64,000 nucleotides of DNA from Octopus sinensis (GCF_006345805.1 NC_043000.1:121334001-121398000); one strand, 5' to 3'; positions 1 through 14,560 are shown, counted from the first letter of the stretch. Numbers and translations: made by a program. Notes: generated from the sequence alone by a model not told the origin.

Positions 1-385
1 TACATAGACCGACAGATAGTTAGATAAAGAGATAAATGGATAAATATATAGATAGCCAAACATATACGTAGATAAATATTAGAGAAAATATTTCAAATGC
101 GTGGATTGGTAAATTTCTAATTTATAGTGAATCGGGTTAATGTTGTTTGGATTTTCCATCAGATAAACGTAGTTAAATATCACAAATATATTAAACACAT
201 TAAAACCAGTCAACTTGAAATAGCTTGTGAAAGGCATACTGCATCGCTGATATTTATTTTACAAGTTAGATTTCATGAAACACTAATGTAAATTTCGCTT
301 ATATGTGACCCCCCCTTAAACGCACACACACACACACACACATATATACATACATACATACTTGCATACACACACACACACACAC

Positions 386-430
<45 letters not shown>

Positions 431-565
431 ATATATATATACATATATATATATACTGACATATATTTTTATACAGATATGTATATATACACCTATATAG
501 ATACACATATGTACGTAAACACATAAATGCATAAATACATTTATGTGGGCATGTATATATATTTA

Positions 566-601
<36 letters not shown>

Positions 602-622
602 CGTATATATATATATATACCC

Positions 623-666
<44 letters not shown>

Positions 667-1589
667 TACATACATATATTTGTCTATATGTATATTATAT
701 ATGTATGTGTGTGCATATATATGTATATATATGTGTGTGTGTGTGTGTACGTGCATCTATATATGTAAATGGGCATATATGTATACACATATACACACTC
801 ATATATATGTATATATATATATATATATATAGCTTATGAGTAGATATACACAGAGAAAATTCGTATGAATATACTTGTATGTTTGAGTGTGTGTGGTGTG
901 TGCCTATATATACGCATGCGAGTGCGCTTTTGTGTGTGAGCAAACTTTGCGTTTGTACGTTTGTGCGTGTACCTGTGTGTGTGTGTGTGTTTTATGTATT
1001 TGCAGCAAGATGTATGCAGCAACGTGCGTGAAGATGCTGGTTAGTGTATGCCTGATAGTATTTATGCGAGAGCACATTTCAAACATCTTTCAAACGCTAG
1101 ATATTTCCTGTTCAATGCTTTAATCTCAACTAAATGTACATATTAAACACGTTAGGTTCTGCATTTATTGACTTACACTCACATACATATAATATATAGA
1201 TGTGGCCATAAACGTATTGGAATGTTTTCTGGAAGGATGTTTTTATATCATGAAGAATCACTTATATTCGCGGCCTTGCGTGTACTTCAATCAAGGGAGA
1301 TGGTGCATGTAGCTCGAAGGAAGTTGGACTGAATGCGAATCTTAGAGTATAAAGTCATGTAAGATGCCCCATAATACATGTTGCAAGAATAATGTTGAGA
1401 CAGTAATACTGTAAACACACACACACACGCATTAATGTACATATATACATATAATTCAACGCATTTTCGTAGCCGTTTCTACTTATGATATACATGTAAG
1501 GTCACTCTTGGTTTTTCCGAAAAAACGGATTATAGAGATGCGGGTTCGATTCTTATTTGCTTTTTGTGTTTTATTTATTTCAGACTCAC

Positions 1590-1697
1590 ACACATCTTTA
1601 CGAGTACGATGAAATAAGTACCAGTTGCAAAACTGGTGACGATGTAATAGATTTATCCCCTCCCCACAAATTGCTGGGCCTGTGTCAAAATTCGAAA
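1590..1697 (+). mobile_element. SINE family A, 3' fragment
   Basis: aataagtaccagtt...ctgg..cgatgtaat.gattt matches the copies at 22756 and 57640. Confidence 0.6.
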
Positions 1698-1858
1698 TGG
1701 ATATATATATATATATATATATATGCATATACATGTATATATATATATATGTATTAGAAAAATTGAGGTAATCAGATCGGATAGTTCATATTTATAGATA
1801 TTTATTTATATATTACATTTTTTACATATATATCATATCATTCAGATCATATCATTCG

Positions 1859-1897
1859 GATTAGCGCTTTCTCCCAATCGAGTGGGCTTTTCAAATC
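1859..1897 (-). ncRNA. Minimal type I hammerhead ribozyme-like motif, U3:A8 core variant
   Basis: Minus strand: GAT-TTGAAAA-G-CCCA-ctcgat-TGGG-A-GAAA-GCGC-TA-ATC. Stem I GAT/ATC, stem II CCCA/TGGG (10.1:11.1 is a G.A mismatch), palindromic stem III, CUA triplet. Lies between (TA)n tracts. Confidence 0.55.
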
Positions 1898-1935
1898 AAA
1901 TCAAATATATATATATGTATATATTATGTATATAT

Positions 1936-1981
<46 letters not shown>

Positions 1982-2028
1982 TATATATATACATATATAT
2001 ATACATATATATATATACATGTATATGC

Positions 2029-2061
<33 letters not shown>

Positions 2062-2099
2062 TATTATATATATATATATGCATATACATGTATATATAT

Positions 2100-2141
<42 letters not shown>

Positions 2142-2788
2142 TAGATAGATATATATATATATACATATATGTAATGACTTTAGTACTATTTGCAGCATTA
2201 AATCATAGAGGTCAAAAGCATATTCAGCGATGAGCACATTTGCAGATGAAAGGAGGGATGTGGTCCTACGTAGTATGGGATTTCTCTTTGTTACAGTAAT
2301 GTAGTGATTTGCAACCGTGCTCCGTATGGCCCCTCACGGTCTATATAAGATTTTTGAATGTACACATAAGAAAATAGCTCATTGGGGATCAACGATGTTA
2401 TTTTAGGGTCCCTGAAAAAAATGTCCTTTAAATATATGTATTGGTTATGTATTGCAGGAAATAGCAAGATTTCTTTCTGTAACATTTTACATATTTCAAT
2501 CCACACATGTGTATGTGTGAAAAGCAAAATAGGAATGCTGAAAGAAATTTCTATTAAACTAGATTTTAACCATCGAATGGCTATGGGGTTCCAGCAGAAT
2601 CAAATAATTATTAAAGGGGTTCATATATTGAAAATGGTTGAGAACACCTGCACTAAATGATGACACTTCGAAATTTTCTGAAGTCTATTTTCTCAGCATT
2701 ATGTTGGCCGGCGTGACTCACCGCCTTACATAAATGCATGTATATATATGTATATATGTTTGTGCGTGTCTGTACAGATGTATATGAG

Positions 2789-2839
<51 letters not shown>

Positions 2840-2944
2840 AGGTCTGGATGCCTGCAGAGGCGCAGGAGGCGATGTGTTGTTCTGGATATATATATATATA
2901 TATATGCATGTATGTGCATATGTGTATGTGTGTGCATGTTTGTG

Positions 2945-3060
2945 TATCTGTGTGTGTCCCTCCACCACCGCTTGAAATCAGATGCTGACTTAGGAGTTCA
3001 ACAAAAGAGACCGATAGAATAAGTGTTAGGCTTACAAATAATAAGTCCTGGGGACGATTT
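2945..3060 (+). mobile_element. SINE family B, 3' fragment
   Basis: caaaagagaccgatagaataagt...cttacaaa..ataagtcctgggg matches the reverse complement of 44005-44401. Confidence 0.65.
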
Positions 3061-3604
3061 TATGTATTACTCGTATATATTTGTGTCGCACATAGTCTTT
3101 GCATGTGTATGTATTTTTATAATACTCCATTTTGTTTTGGGAATAAATAGACATAATAGAATGTCTACCGGATGATGTGTGTCATTTTTGTATCCTCTCC
3201 ACTTCCTTTTTACGGTATATATATATATGATGGTGATCACATTTATCGTGGTCATTAGATCTATAGCTTGCAGCTAATAATTAGCAAATGAGGCACTCCG
3301 AATTAACGCTATACATCAGTTAATTAGTAAATTGATTATCAATGTTCCTAACTTCCGTTACGGCATCTTGTGAGACTTCCCCATAAAGACTGATAATATT
3401 ATTGAAGCGAGAAGACTTAATACAATCATCGATGACAAAATAAATGAACAGGGTAAATTATGGATTTTATAATTCCCTATAGATGAGCCGATACCTGAGA
3501 AATTGAAATAATTAAGAAAAATTGCGACCTGGACAGGAAGAAAAACAGGCTGTGGTAGTACATGGCACATATCTAAAACCTTCACAAATAGGCTGAAAGA
3601 TATT

Positions 3605-3812
3605 GATTTTCTAATTTTGGTACAAGGCCACCAATTTAGAAGATGGGATGAAGTCGGTTCCATCGACCATAATGCTCAATTATTACTTCTTTCGTCGACC
3701 CTGAAAAGGCAGAGTTGGATTCGGCGTAACTTGAACTCAGAAAATAAAAACGGACGAAATGTCGCTAAGCATTTTACCCGGTATATTAACAGTTTTGCCA
3801 ACACCCCGCCTT
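3605..3812 (-). mobile_element. SINE family A copy
   Basis: Reverse complement begins ggcggggtgttggcaaaactgttaata...gcttagcgacatttcgtc...ttctgagttcaag; homologous to 57640. Confidence 0.75.
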
Positions 3813-3982
3813 AAAAGACAGAAGAGTATTGCAGTTGAGACTCTAATCGTCAAACTGCAGAAAAACTAAAACAAAATACCATCAGATATCATACATGACT
3901 CCTGAGAATAACTCTTGTGATTTTAAGGACACTTCAAAATAATATTCCGGCTAATCTGATTAGTATGCTCTCGCTTGATAAT

Positions 3983-4024
3983 GATATTATTATTATTATT
4001 ATTAATAACAACAACAACAACAAC

Positions 4025-4087
<63 letters not shown>

Positions 4088-4195
4088 GTAATAATAATAA
4101 TAATGATAATAATAATAATAATAATAATAGTAATAATAATAATAATAATGCAGGTTATAATAATACTAATAGCAATAATAATAACTATAATATAA
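3983..4195. repeat. Compound (ATT)n/(AAC)n/(AAT)n microsatellite
   Basis: Directly visible triplet runs. Confidence 0.95.
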
Positions 4196-4594
4196 ATAAA
4201 AAGAATATCTTTATGGCAAAGATTAGAACTAACTGCGAAATATTAAAATACGCATTATTGATAAAAATATTAAAAAATCATTGACCATACAAAATACAAA
4301 AATATCCGGAGACACAGAAAGGCATGAAAAATGGAAGTAGACAGATATAAAAGAAGTTCTCAACGTTTCAGTACAATAAAAATTGTAGGAAAATATAATC
4401 AATCTAAAGACAATATCAGTTATAAGATATAGAGCAGAAATATGATATAGAGCAGGAATTATTGAATTGAAGAAGGAAGAACTAGCGGTTAAGGTGAGGC
4501 ACAAGCGATCGCGAGATCACAGTTTCATTTTCTGGACAAGTTCATGGGTTCTGTTCATGAGCATAACACTTCATCTCATCTATGTATGTATGTA

Positions 4595-4911
4595 TGTTGC
4601 TGGGACCCCCTTCAGTAATGACTGACCGTAGGATTGCACCTAGAAATTTATCTTCCGGGCATGTTGTTTTTAGCAGACCAGCGGTCGCCCATACATACCG
4701 GCCTCCCTCTCCACACCACTGACGTTATACAAGGGAAGGGCAACGTCCAAAACAGCTTGGCGCCTGTGGGTCGCAACACATTTCTACAGCTGAGTGAACT
4801 GGAGCAACGTGAAATAAAGTGTCTTGCTCAAGAACACAACACGTAGCCCGGTCCGGGATTCGAACACACGACCTCACGATCCTAAGTTCGACGCTCTAAC
4901 AACTGGGCCAT
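4595..4911 (-). mobile_element. tRNA-derived SINE (family D) with CORE-like segment
   Basis: Minus strand: tggcccagttgttagagcg (A box) ... gttcgaatccc (B box), then ttgagcaagacactttatttcac...ctccagttcactcagctgtagaaatg. Flanked by (TATG)n. Confidence 0.75.
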
Positions 4912-4984
4912 GTATGTATGTATGTATGTATGTATGTATATATGTATGTATGTGTGTATATATGTCGGTAGGTAGGTATGTTTC

Positions 4985-5361
4985 TTTTATTCTTTTACTT
5001 GTTTCAGTCAGTTTATTGTTGCCATGCTGGAGCACTGCTATGAAGGGGTTTTAGTTGAGCAAATCGTCATCAAGACTTATTTTTTAAGCCTAGAACCTAT
5101 GCTATAGCTCTGTTTTGCCGAACTGGTAAGCAAAAAGGACGTAAATACTCTAACACTAGTTGTCAAGCAGACACAAAACACACGTACGTAGACATATACG
5201 ACGGGCTTCTTTCAATTTCCGTCTACCAATTCTTCTCACAATGCTTTGATCAGCACAAAGCTCTACGAGAAGAATCTAGCTCAAGTTACCACACCGTGGG
5301 TTTGATCCCAGTACCATGTGGTTGGGAAGCAAGCTTCTTACCGCACAGCTACTCCTGCGCC
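4985..5361 (-). mobile_element. SINE family B copy
   Basis: Minus strand starts ggcgcaggagtagctgtgcggtaagaagcttgcttcccaaccacatgg; colinear with 44005-44401. Confidence 0.85.
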
Positions 5362-5398
5362 TCTACATACATACATACATACATACATACACACACAG

Positions 5399-5443
<45 letters not shown>

Positions 5444-5497
5444 ATATATCAAGTGAGAGTGAAATCCGTGACAAATAAAACATATTATTATTTTCCT

Positions 5498-5535
5498 AAG
5501 AGTAGCTTTCTAGTGTTTTATTACGTCATACTCTT
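5498..5535 (-). ncRNA. Degenerate hammerhead-like motif
   Basis: Minus strand AAGAG-TATGAC-GTAataaaacacTA-GAAA-GC-TA-CTCTT: 5-bp stem I and palindromic stem III are intact, CUGAUGA core is eroded. Between (TA)n tracts. Confidence 0.35.
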
Positions 5536-5717
5536 GTAAGGAAATACTCCTTATAGTTTCCTTTAAATTCTTTTCCCGTACTCATAGAAAATACGCCAAC
5601 CATTTATTTTGTGGAGATATTATTTATTTATTTCAGTTCGGCTCTTTGATTACGTCCGTTAGATCTCTCTAATTGTAGACATCTATGTAGCTTTTACGTT
5701 AATATATATATATACAC

Positions 5718-5790
<73 letters not shown>

Positions 5791-7115
5791 AACGTGTTCA
5801 ACTAGAATTGAAAAGACGTAATTTTAACGATTATAGAAATGCCGCCACAGCAAACTACTTCTGTGAACTTAGATTCTATCCCCTATTCAATAGCTGAACT
5901 TTAGTTAACATAAAGGGTGAAATATCTCACACCCAATACTGAACCTCCTTCCGTGTACAAAATAGGATATATAAAATAATCAATTTAGGTCGATAACCTA
6001 CAATAGTTCAGCCGCTTATACTGATAAAAACATGGCACGGAATTCCCAGACAATAACATAAACTGCATATAACTTGACAATGGAGTTTTGTTCCTTTACT
6101 TTTAGATACATAGGGCGATTTCAAATACAATCTTTTCAAATACCTTTGGTGCATTGTATGCAAGAAGTGACGCATCACTCTTATTCGTAGATACTTTGTT
6201 CCATAGCACATTATTTCAAAGGACCAATTTTATTATGCAGTCATATCAATTTAAGATATGTTAGATGTTATGTTGAATGACTAGTCGAGTGCTAACTGAG
6301 AGGAAAAATGAGTTGTGGTGATAAAAATGAAGCAGTAAAATAGATGTGTAGTATAGGAATATTAGATATTGTACGAATGACGATGAGAAATTGTGAGGCG
6401 ACGGACATGCAATTGGCTGGGGTTTTTTTTGTAAGTAATTCTCTGGACAAAGACTTGTTGCGTTCTTGTAATGAAACATTTACTCGTTTTTTTAAAAATT
6501 TTTCTTTAATTTCACTTAACTAGATAATAGATTGTCTTGCTGTGAACGATGTTCGAGGGCGGGTTTTCAGTCTGATAAGATTCAGAGATGTTAGATGGCT
6601 TATATTTCTGAGTTTAATTCCCGCCTGCCTCATGCACTCCTTTATATAAGTAGACGAATATAATGGAAAAGCTTCGGGGGTAATGAGAAATAAAATTTTC
6701 TGTACATTTAATTAACGGTGGGATTTTACTTTCCAATGCCTCCAGTTTTCCTTGATCTCTAGATCGCACGTAGGATGAAGAAATAGAGAAAAAGAGATTT
6801 GAAATCAACTCGATATAACCAGAGGTTATCCTACGTCCATGCCTCTTCAACATAACACATTGAAGGTATCAGAAAATTGATTTGATGCTCTTATTCTCTT
6901 AAATATATTACAGGTCCTATTAAATCGTAATCCTTTAAGGCTTTCCTCCTTCTGCCGCTTTCCAACAAAACATATTTAACGATTCGATAAATAAGGCGTA
7001 CATTACAATCGCTATCCTACAGACGCAAATTTAATTATCTCCTTCCTCCGCGCGCGTGGAATATAGATACAAACATACATAGATACATACATGCATACAC
7101 ACATACACACACATA

Positions 7116-7182
<67 letters not shown>

Positions 7183-7659
7183 GTGCGTGTGTGTTTCTCT
7201 GTGGTGGGTGTGTGAATTCAGAAACTCCTATGGTTTCATAAATGTCAAATGAGATTCAACATTAAGATTCAAATAAGATGTCAGTATTACATCGTATTGG
7301 AAACAGATTCAATGTCAAGGCTACGTGTGATGATACTTCCTACACGAAGCTAACATTGCGTAAGAAATACCTTCATATGCGGTTTACCGAATTGATCTTA
7401 ACTTCATAATACAGAAACTGTTCACCGGTTCATATCCCATCGGCTTCAATGAAATTTGGTAAAATCTATATAGCAGTGACATTGTCCACAGTGGTAGATT
7501 GTCACAGTGCTCTATGTAGGCGTTTGTATGGAGAATGAGGGTTCAATATCGCTTGAATTAACTTTACTGATAAACCGTCTCAGGGCGAATGAGGACAAAT
7601 CTAGAAAGTCTTGATGTAAAGTGTTATGTCGCGCATTCGGATGCGTCTACTACTAAACT

Positions 7660-8205
7660 TCTCTCAATATTTCGGGTGTCACGGGCCCTTCAAAAGCGGA
7701 AGAAAGTCCCTGTAAGACGATGGGTGTAAGCCCTGCTACAAGCGTTGGATCGAGAATACCATCCCTCGGGCCGGACCGTCAGTCGAAATTTCTACTGCGG
7801 TATTTTGAAGTGTTTGAGGGAGGCCACTGCGCGAAAGATACTAGATCTGCGGATCACGATGAATTCGATTCTACACAACGACAATGCACCTTGTCACCGA
7901 GCTTTTCTCCTTCCTGCGTTTCTTGCCTAATACAACATGGTATCGTTTCAACAACCACTTCATACGCATCACTTCCCCAAGATGAAAATGTAGTTCAGAG
8001 GCGCCATTTAACACCGTTGTGAATCGCAGAAAGTCCTCGACGTCCTTAAGGGAAACGACCTCCAGGTCAGATTCCAGAAGCTGCAGGAACGCCGGGACCG
8101 GTGTAATGCTACGCAAGGTGACTATTTAGAGGATGTTAAATCTTAGGTAAATAACTTATTTTCTGTTCAACATATCTAGTCCTGGAACTTTTGGAATCCA
8201 CCTCG
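7660..8205 (+). mobile_element. Degenerate mariner transposon, 3' half
   Basis: Peptides PSGRTVSRNFYCGILKCLREA and ILHNDNAPCH (second catalytic D motif); C-terminal caaggtgactatttagag; TIR-like end ...aacttttggaatccacctcg followed by TA. Confidence 0.8.
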
Positions 8206-9077
8206 TATGTTTGAGTTTCCTTTGGAAAAATAAGTATAAAGATCGCTTCATATTATATTTACTATGCGCGTTTCAGCATTATGGTGGTTTGGTGTACTGT
8301 AACAAAAGTTGCAGTGGCATTTGAGTATGCAACGGATCCCCAGAAGTAATTTATGCTTATATAAATATTCTATTTTGTATTAGGTGTTAAAGTGTTTGGC
8401 TGTGTTATTTGGTTGCGGTATATTTAATTGAGTGTATATATGTGTGTGTTTGCATGTTTGTGTGTGTGCGTATGGGTGGCCTTGTATCTCCATTAATGAA
8501 GCAAGTATGCAGTGAATTGGAAATAAATTCTGAATGACTTTAATGAAAAAGAGATTTGAAATGATTTCCTAGTAACGGTCTGAGGGTACAGTCACCGTGC
8601 TTGTAAATGTGAGTGTGTATGTGTGTGTCTGATTCGCCTATGGAATAGTAAATTGGAAACTGGAAAAGAAAAAATTAAAAATGGAAGATTAATTGTTAAA
8701 AGCAGGAATAAAAAAAAACAAGAGCGATCGCATTTGTTACTAAGGTCAAACGTGTGACATTTGGCTGAAGAATTTAAGGTGAAGCTCTGCAGGGTTTGCA
8801 TGTATGATGGCATGTTTGTTAATTTCAATGACTATTTGTGTGCATGTGTGTGAGGAATGTTAATTTAGCGCAATGGCATTTTAAAGGATTTCGAGAAAAA
8901 GAGACAAGAAAATGAGAATGTATTTGATAATGTGGTGACGACTGTCTATAGAAGTTAAAATAAGGCTTCTTTTTTCGTAGGGCTATAGTGAACGATGTTG
9001 TGCTGAATGTTTCGACTGGCGGATAGAGCTTTTCGAATAGTGTTTTATGTATACCTGTATATCAATGCTTGATTCTA

Positions 9078-9383
9078 TTGGGTTGTCCGGAAAGTTCGTG
9101 CCGACTTTTAAACGAAAGAAAAGGTCAATAAATACTTGCCATTACCCAAGCTTTACTAGGTGCTCATGAACGACGGACTTTGATAGGGTGAGGCTTTCTG
9201 CCAATTCTCGGGTTCTGCAATGTGGGTTATTCTCAATTAATGACTTGATTTGGTCATCATCTGTTGTGGATGGTCTGCTTTATCAATAAGGCTACAATCT
9301 CCTATTCTATGGATTCAAATATGTTTTAAATAAGTCGAAACGCAAGCTGATGTAAATCGGCACGAACATTCCGGATTACCCAA
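9078..9383. mobile_element. Tc1/mariner-type MITE (306 bp)
   Basis: TIRs ttgggttgtccggaaagttcgtgccgacttt and aaatcggcacgaacattccggattacccaa; TA on both sides (9076-77, 9384-85). Confidence 0.85.
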
Positions 9384-10271
9384 TATGTTCAGTTATAACA
9401 AAAACAATTTTAAATTACTCTGATGGGTTCCTCTACAATTTGATAGAGTACAAGTTTATTATTCCTACACAAGAATGGCGTTGACAGTATTCTACGCTGT
9501 CTGTCAGTCATCTAAGCCATCATCGGGCTGCAGTCTGACGATGGAGCACATGGCCAAACACTAAAAATCACACTCAACAACATACTTATAAGAATAACAT
9601 ATATATATATATATAAACATATATATGTATATATATATATATATATATATAGATATATATATATATATATATAATATATATATATATATATACCGGAGTA
9701 AACACATAGATGTGAAACAAGGTGGAAAAAGAGTACTCAAATACCAGTGGTAGAGTAATATGCTTTATTTTAAGCAGCAGAAAATTCAACAAAATCTGTT
9801 ACTCTGATGTATATATATACATCCATCCATCTATCCATATATGTATATATATATACGCGCGTGTATGTGTATTTATATATATATATATATATCCTTCCCT
9901 CCCCCTCCATTATAATACTCGCCCATCCCTTTCCTGTATCAATTTCGCGTTGTAACTCATTTTTTCTCCAATCATTCCTAAACAACCTTCTTTATTGTCA
10001 GACCCAAAAACAACGACCATCCTTCACAATACTATCCATCTCGTCAATTCCCACTTATTTCCCGTCTCTCCAAACCCCCTTCTACTTCCCTCTGTACTCT
10101 TGCCACTTAACTCCTATCCGTATTCTTGCTCTGACACTCCTAACTCTCCTTGTCCTATTTTCAACACTCCCCCCCCGCTTACTTCTTTCTCCAACCACTT
10201 ACTTTTGTTTTCCCTTCCTCACCACCCATTCTACCTGCATTATCACTTAAAATTTTCAATACCCATCTTTC

Positions 10272-10397
10272 CATCCTGATGATAGAAGCCAGATTTACCT
10301 ACTATTTATATGCATACACTACTGGTTGCATATACTAGACATTTTGCGAACGACCCATGCCAACATTATAACGTATTCTCCAGGTACAGCTGTCAGG
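10272..10397 (+). ncRNA. Degenerate hammerhead-like motif with long loop II
   Basis: CTGATGA (10276-82)-TAGAA...TTCTCCA-GGTA-CAGCTG-TC. The GAAA box is mutated; palindromic CAGCTG stem III and GUC triplet remain. Confidence 0.35.
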
Positions 10398-10544
10398 CCC
10401 AAGATCCCATATCGTCTCCCTTTATTTTTTGTCTTTCTATTCTGTGTAAACTTGTGTTAATATAAATATATTTATATATGTATGTATGAAGGTTCTTCGC
10501 ATGAAAATTTCCAGCCTATATTTCTCTCTATTTACACGTATATA

Positions 10545-10600
<56 letters not shown>

Positions 10601-10975
10601 CGTGTAAGTGTGTGTGTGTGTACAATTTATATATTTAGCCCAAGCGGTTTCCTTTGTTTGTTTGTACCATTATCTCACACACTCATTATCTCTCTCTCAC
10701 ATTCTCTCTCTTTTTCTCTTTGATTAGCATATATATACACACACGTATATATATATATATATATATTCACACAGGAGAGTTGGTCTGATTGGGTTGAAAA
10801 TGCAACTTACACGCATTGTTATAACGAACAGTAGTTTTAAAATTCTTTTAACATATACTATCGTACGGGGGAACAAACCACCAGTCTCCTTATATATATA
10901 TATATGTGTGTGTATGTGTGTGTGTGTGTGTGCGTGTGTGTGTGTATGTATGTGTGTATTCATGTAGGTGTTTGT

Positions 10976-11013
<38 letters not shown>

Positions 11014-12040
11014 TTTATATGTTATGTAGATGCACATATATATAATATATATATATATAAATACGTGCGACAATGGATATATGCATGCATATTTGTGTTT
11101 GCGTGTGCATGCATTTATTTCTCAGAAAGAAATATTCGGCTTCCTGTGAAATTTGTTATAACTATGGCGACGTTGAAAGAATTGGAGTAGCTGGTAGTAT
11201 CAGAATCGTATTAACTGTGCTATATGATATAATATACTCACCCTAACGGCAAGAAAGTTACTGTTATTTTCTTACTACAACTTTATCTTTTAGATCTTAT
11301 TTCTTCTTTTGAATTTATGCAACTTTTCATTCGCAGAATCTTCGTCTTTATTTGTTTTCCCTTGACTTACTATCCTACAGCTATCGTTGTACATGCATTG
11401 ATGTTAAGGAATTTTATAAATTTATAGTGTTCATTTATTTTCTCAATTTTTTTCCCTCCTGTTTGCCAACTTTGTTATTGATATGAAATTATTTCACTCA
11501 GATTACAACCCTAATTATATGACATTAATTACAACAGGCAATATTGGTTTTTGCAGTTATTTGCTTCTGTTATTATTTCGTTCCGCAACGTCGTTCAGTT
11601 TCAATAATAGATTTTAGCTGTTTTGCATTGATCAGCGATATCTTTACAGAACGTATTGAAATTGGTAATGACATAATAATTAACGAGAGAAGAGTTTTGT
11701 CAACGTTGTTATTTTTGTAGAAAACATTTCATACGATTTGAATTAGATCCTATAACTTGCAATGCAGTAAGATTATTTTTGTAATGTTATATTTAGACAG
11801 AATCATTTTTGGTAATTTAAAATACACGCTTCATTTCACTTTATACTAATCACATAATTCAAAACTACAGCATCCCATATACCGAAGTAAATACATACAT
11901 ACATACATACATACATACACGCATACATATATTGATATATACTTACACTCATACATAGATATATACATACATTCATACATAATCACTTTTGTATTTACAA
12001 ATGTACGATCGTATGTATATGTGTGCAGACATACATACAC

Positions 12041-12081
<41 letters not shown>

Positions 12082-13630
12082 TGCACACACACACACACCA
12101 CACACACCACACACCACACACACACACCACATATATATATATATTATATATATATATATTATATATATATCGCTGTACACACGCACACACAAATATTGAA
12201 TGTGTTCTCAAAGAATGCCTAATATCTATATATACTTCAAAGATATAATTATATTTCAACGTATAACGATATCTTCTTCTAAATGGTGAGTTTAATAGAA
12301 TGTTTTATTGATAAGACAAACATAATGCAATAATATTTTCTTCAAAATGCTGCTTTACATAAAATATAGCCTGAAATAAATAAAAGATCTCCGCAAGCCC
12401 AAGTTACCAGTCTATGTTAGACAACATATTTACTTTTGATAATAAATATATTGTATAAATAAGAATTTTCCTCACATGCTGGGCTAATAAATAACCGCAG
12501 TGGTTTGTCCATTCGTGGTCAGTGATACGTTTCAATAATGGTTCAGCGCTATTAATCTTTTCCTGAAAAATATTAAAAATATACCCAACAGCAACTTGGC
12601 CTGTGGTGATGTAGAATGAAACCTTCCAGAATCATTGAAGATACGCCTTCAAAATTCTGAAGAAGTAATGTGCTTCTCCCTCTTACATCATGTCTAACTA
12701 CTTAATGGACCGTCTTTATATCGAGGAGGCCAATGTTAGTGACAAAGCCCATGGATATTTACTGTACTGAACTCTTGAACCTGCGACTCATAAGGTGACA
12801 CGAGATTGATATGACGATTTGCGACTTTATTATGGCTTAAATTCATATTGGAATCAAAGAAAGTTACTTCTTTAGTTTCTGGGTTGGAAATCTTTAAAAG
12901 TGGCATTTATTATCTATTTGGTATTGTTTCTGTCAGTTGCAATCTCCAAAAGAAAACAAGAAAAGATAAAATGAAATTTCCTTCTCTTCAATCAAATCTT
13001 TTTAGATAGAAAATATGATAGTCTAATGCTTCGATGTTTGCAGCAATTTTCTCAACGGCACATCGATGTCAAGAATTGTTTATCTCTTACAACTTTACTC
13101 GTCTTTCAAAAGCACTGTGTGTTATGTGTTATATAGCAATAAAATCTGCTATCCCATATTTTATGGACTTACAAAATGTAAGACAAATGAATGGCAAAGA
13201 TGAAAAAGAATTATTATTTATTATATTATAAAGGATCAGATGGTGACTGCAGACAGTATTACTGTGCTGGCTAATGTTATTAGTAAAATGCTCTTGAAAA
13301 AGAATTTTGCAAACTGCTTGCCGATTCAATAACCTAGTTTCGAATATTGTTTCACATGCGTCATAACTTACATCGCATTTAGAAATACAAAATTAGAAAT
13401 ATATCCCATATCTATTACTTGCTTCCTGTACGCCATGTTGTAGAGAAATGGAGGAAAGAAAAAAGAAGAATTTTATTTCTGTCAATACGTCGAGTCATTT
13501 ATTGAGAGCTATACGTTTTAGCAAATTAAATATATTTTAAAACCTGCGTCTAATAGACAAATGTCTAATGGTTTTTGTATCTACCTCTACACATACATTC
13601 ACGCGCAAGCACACACATTAACATGTACAC

Positions 13631-13698
<68 letters not shown>

Positions 13699-13889
13699 AT
13701 ATATATATTAGTATATATATATAAAATATATATATATTTATGTACATGTATATATTATATATATATATTCACACAGGCAACAATATATACATCATGCATT
13801 ATATTATGTATGTGTATAAGTTTGTATGTATGAATATAGTTATGTGTATATATATGTATATGTATATGCATGTATATTTACCGCAGTTT

Positions 13890-14560
13890 TAAAGTTGAGT
13901 TAATCCGGTGAATGTTTTTCAAGCTTTGAATAATGTCTGTAGAGTTAACGTTGCTCTTGAAAATGTGGAGTTGACGGCTGAAGTAAAACAATTCCGCCAA
14001 GTCGATATGCGATTTGATGAGCACAGTGTAGTGGTTATATTGGCCCTAGGCGGTGGATCTAATAGGTGTGGTTTGTGGGCGTACGAAAAAAGTAAATCGA
14101 GTGTTTTTGAGTGCAGGTAGGGAAGTTAGAACCACACTGCAGGAAAGAAAATTGGCCAATTTATAGCGACAGAACAACAGAAACAGGAGATAATAGTTTT
14201 GTGTGTTATACGTTGGTCGGGCTTAGTGAGCGATGTCAGGTAATTTAGCTGTGTAACCTGCATGTATTACAATTGAAGATGTCTCTGACAGGTGCCATCA
14301 GTAACTTCCCATATGTGTAAGTTACTGATGATGTGTGTCTCACCAGATATTACAATGGAGTGTACGAATTTTGCTGACAAATGCTATCTACCGTAAAGTA
14401 GCTTCGATATGTAGGAGACAACATTTCACTAGCAGAGACCATCAGTGGCAGCAAGGTTTAGGATTCGTGGTGAACTTTACGTCCATTCTTACGTATTGTT
14501 TAGTTGTGGAGCTCAAGTGCGCTACATTAGAGTATCCCTACATTGAGGTGAATAATGGGT
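13890..14560 (-). mobile_element. Possible highly degenerate LINE ORF2 C-terminal remnant
   Basis: GC-richer non-satellite block. Minus-strand fragments (LLFCRY..., FKSNVN) weakly resemble LINE post-RT tails. Confidence 0.3.

Noticed and set aside
14296-14330. 12-bp hairpin catcagtaactt/aagttactgatg
   Set aside because: Isolated, no family context, and too short for a pre-miRNA call.
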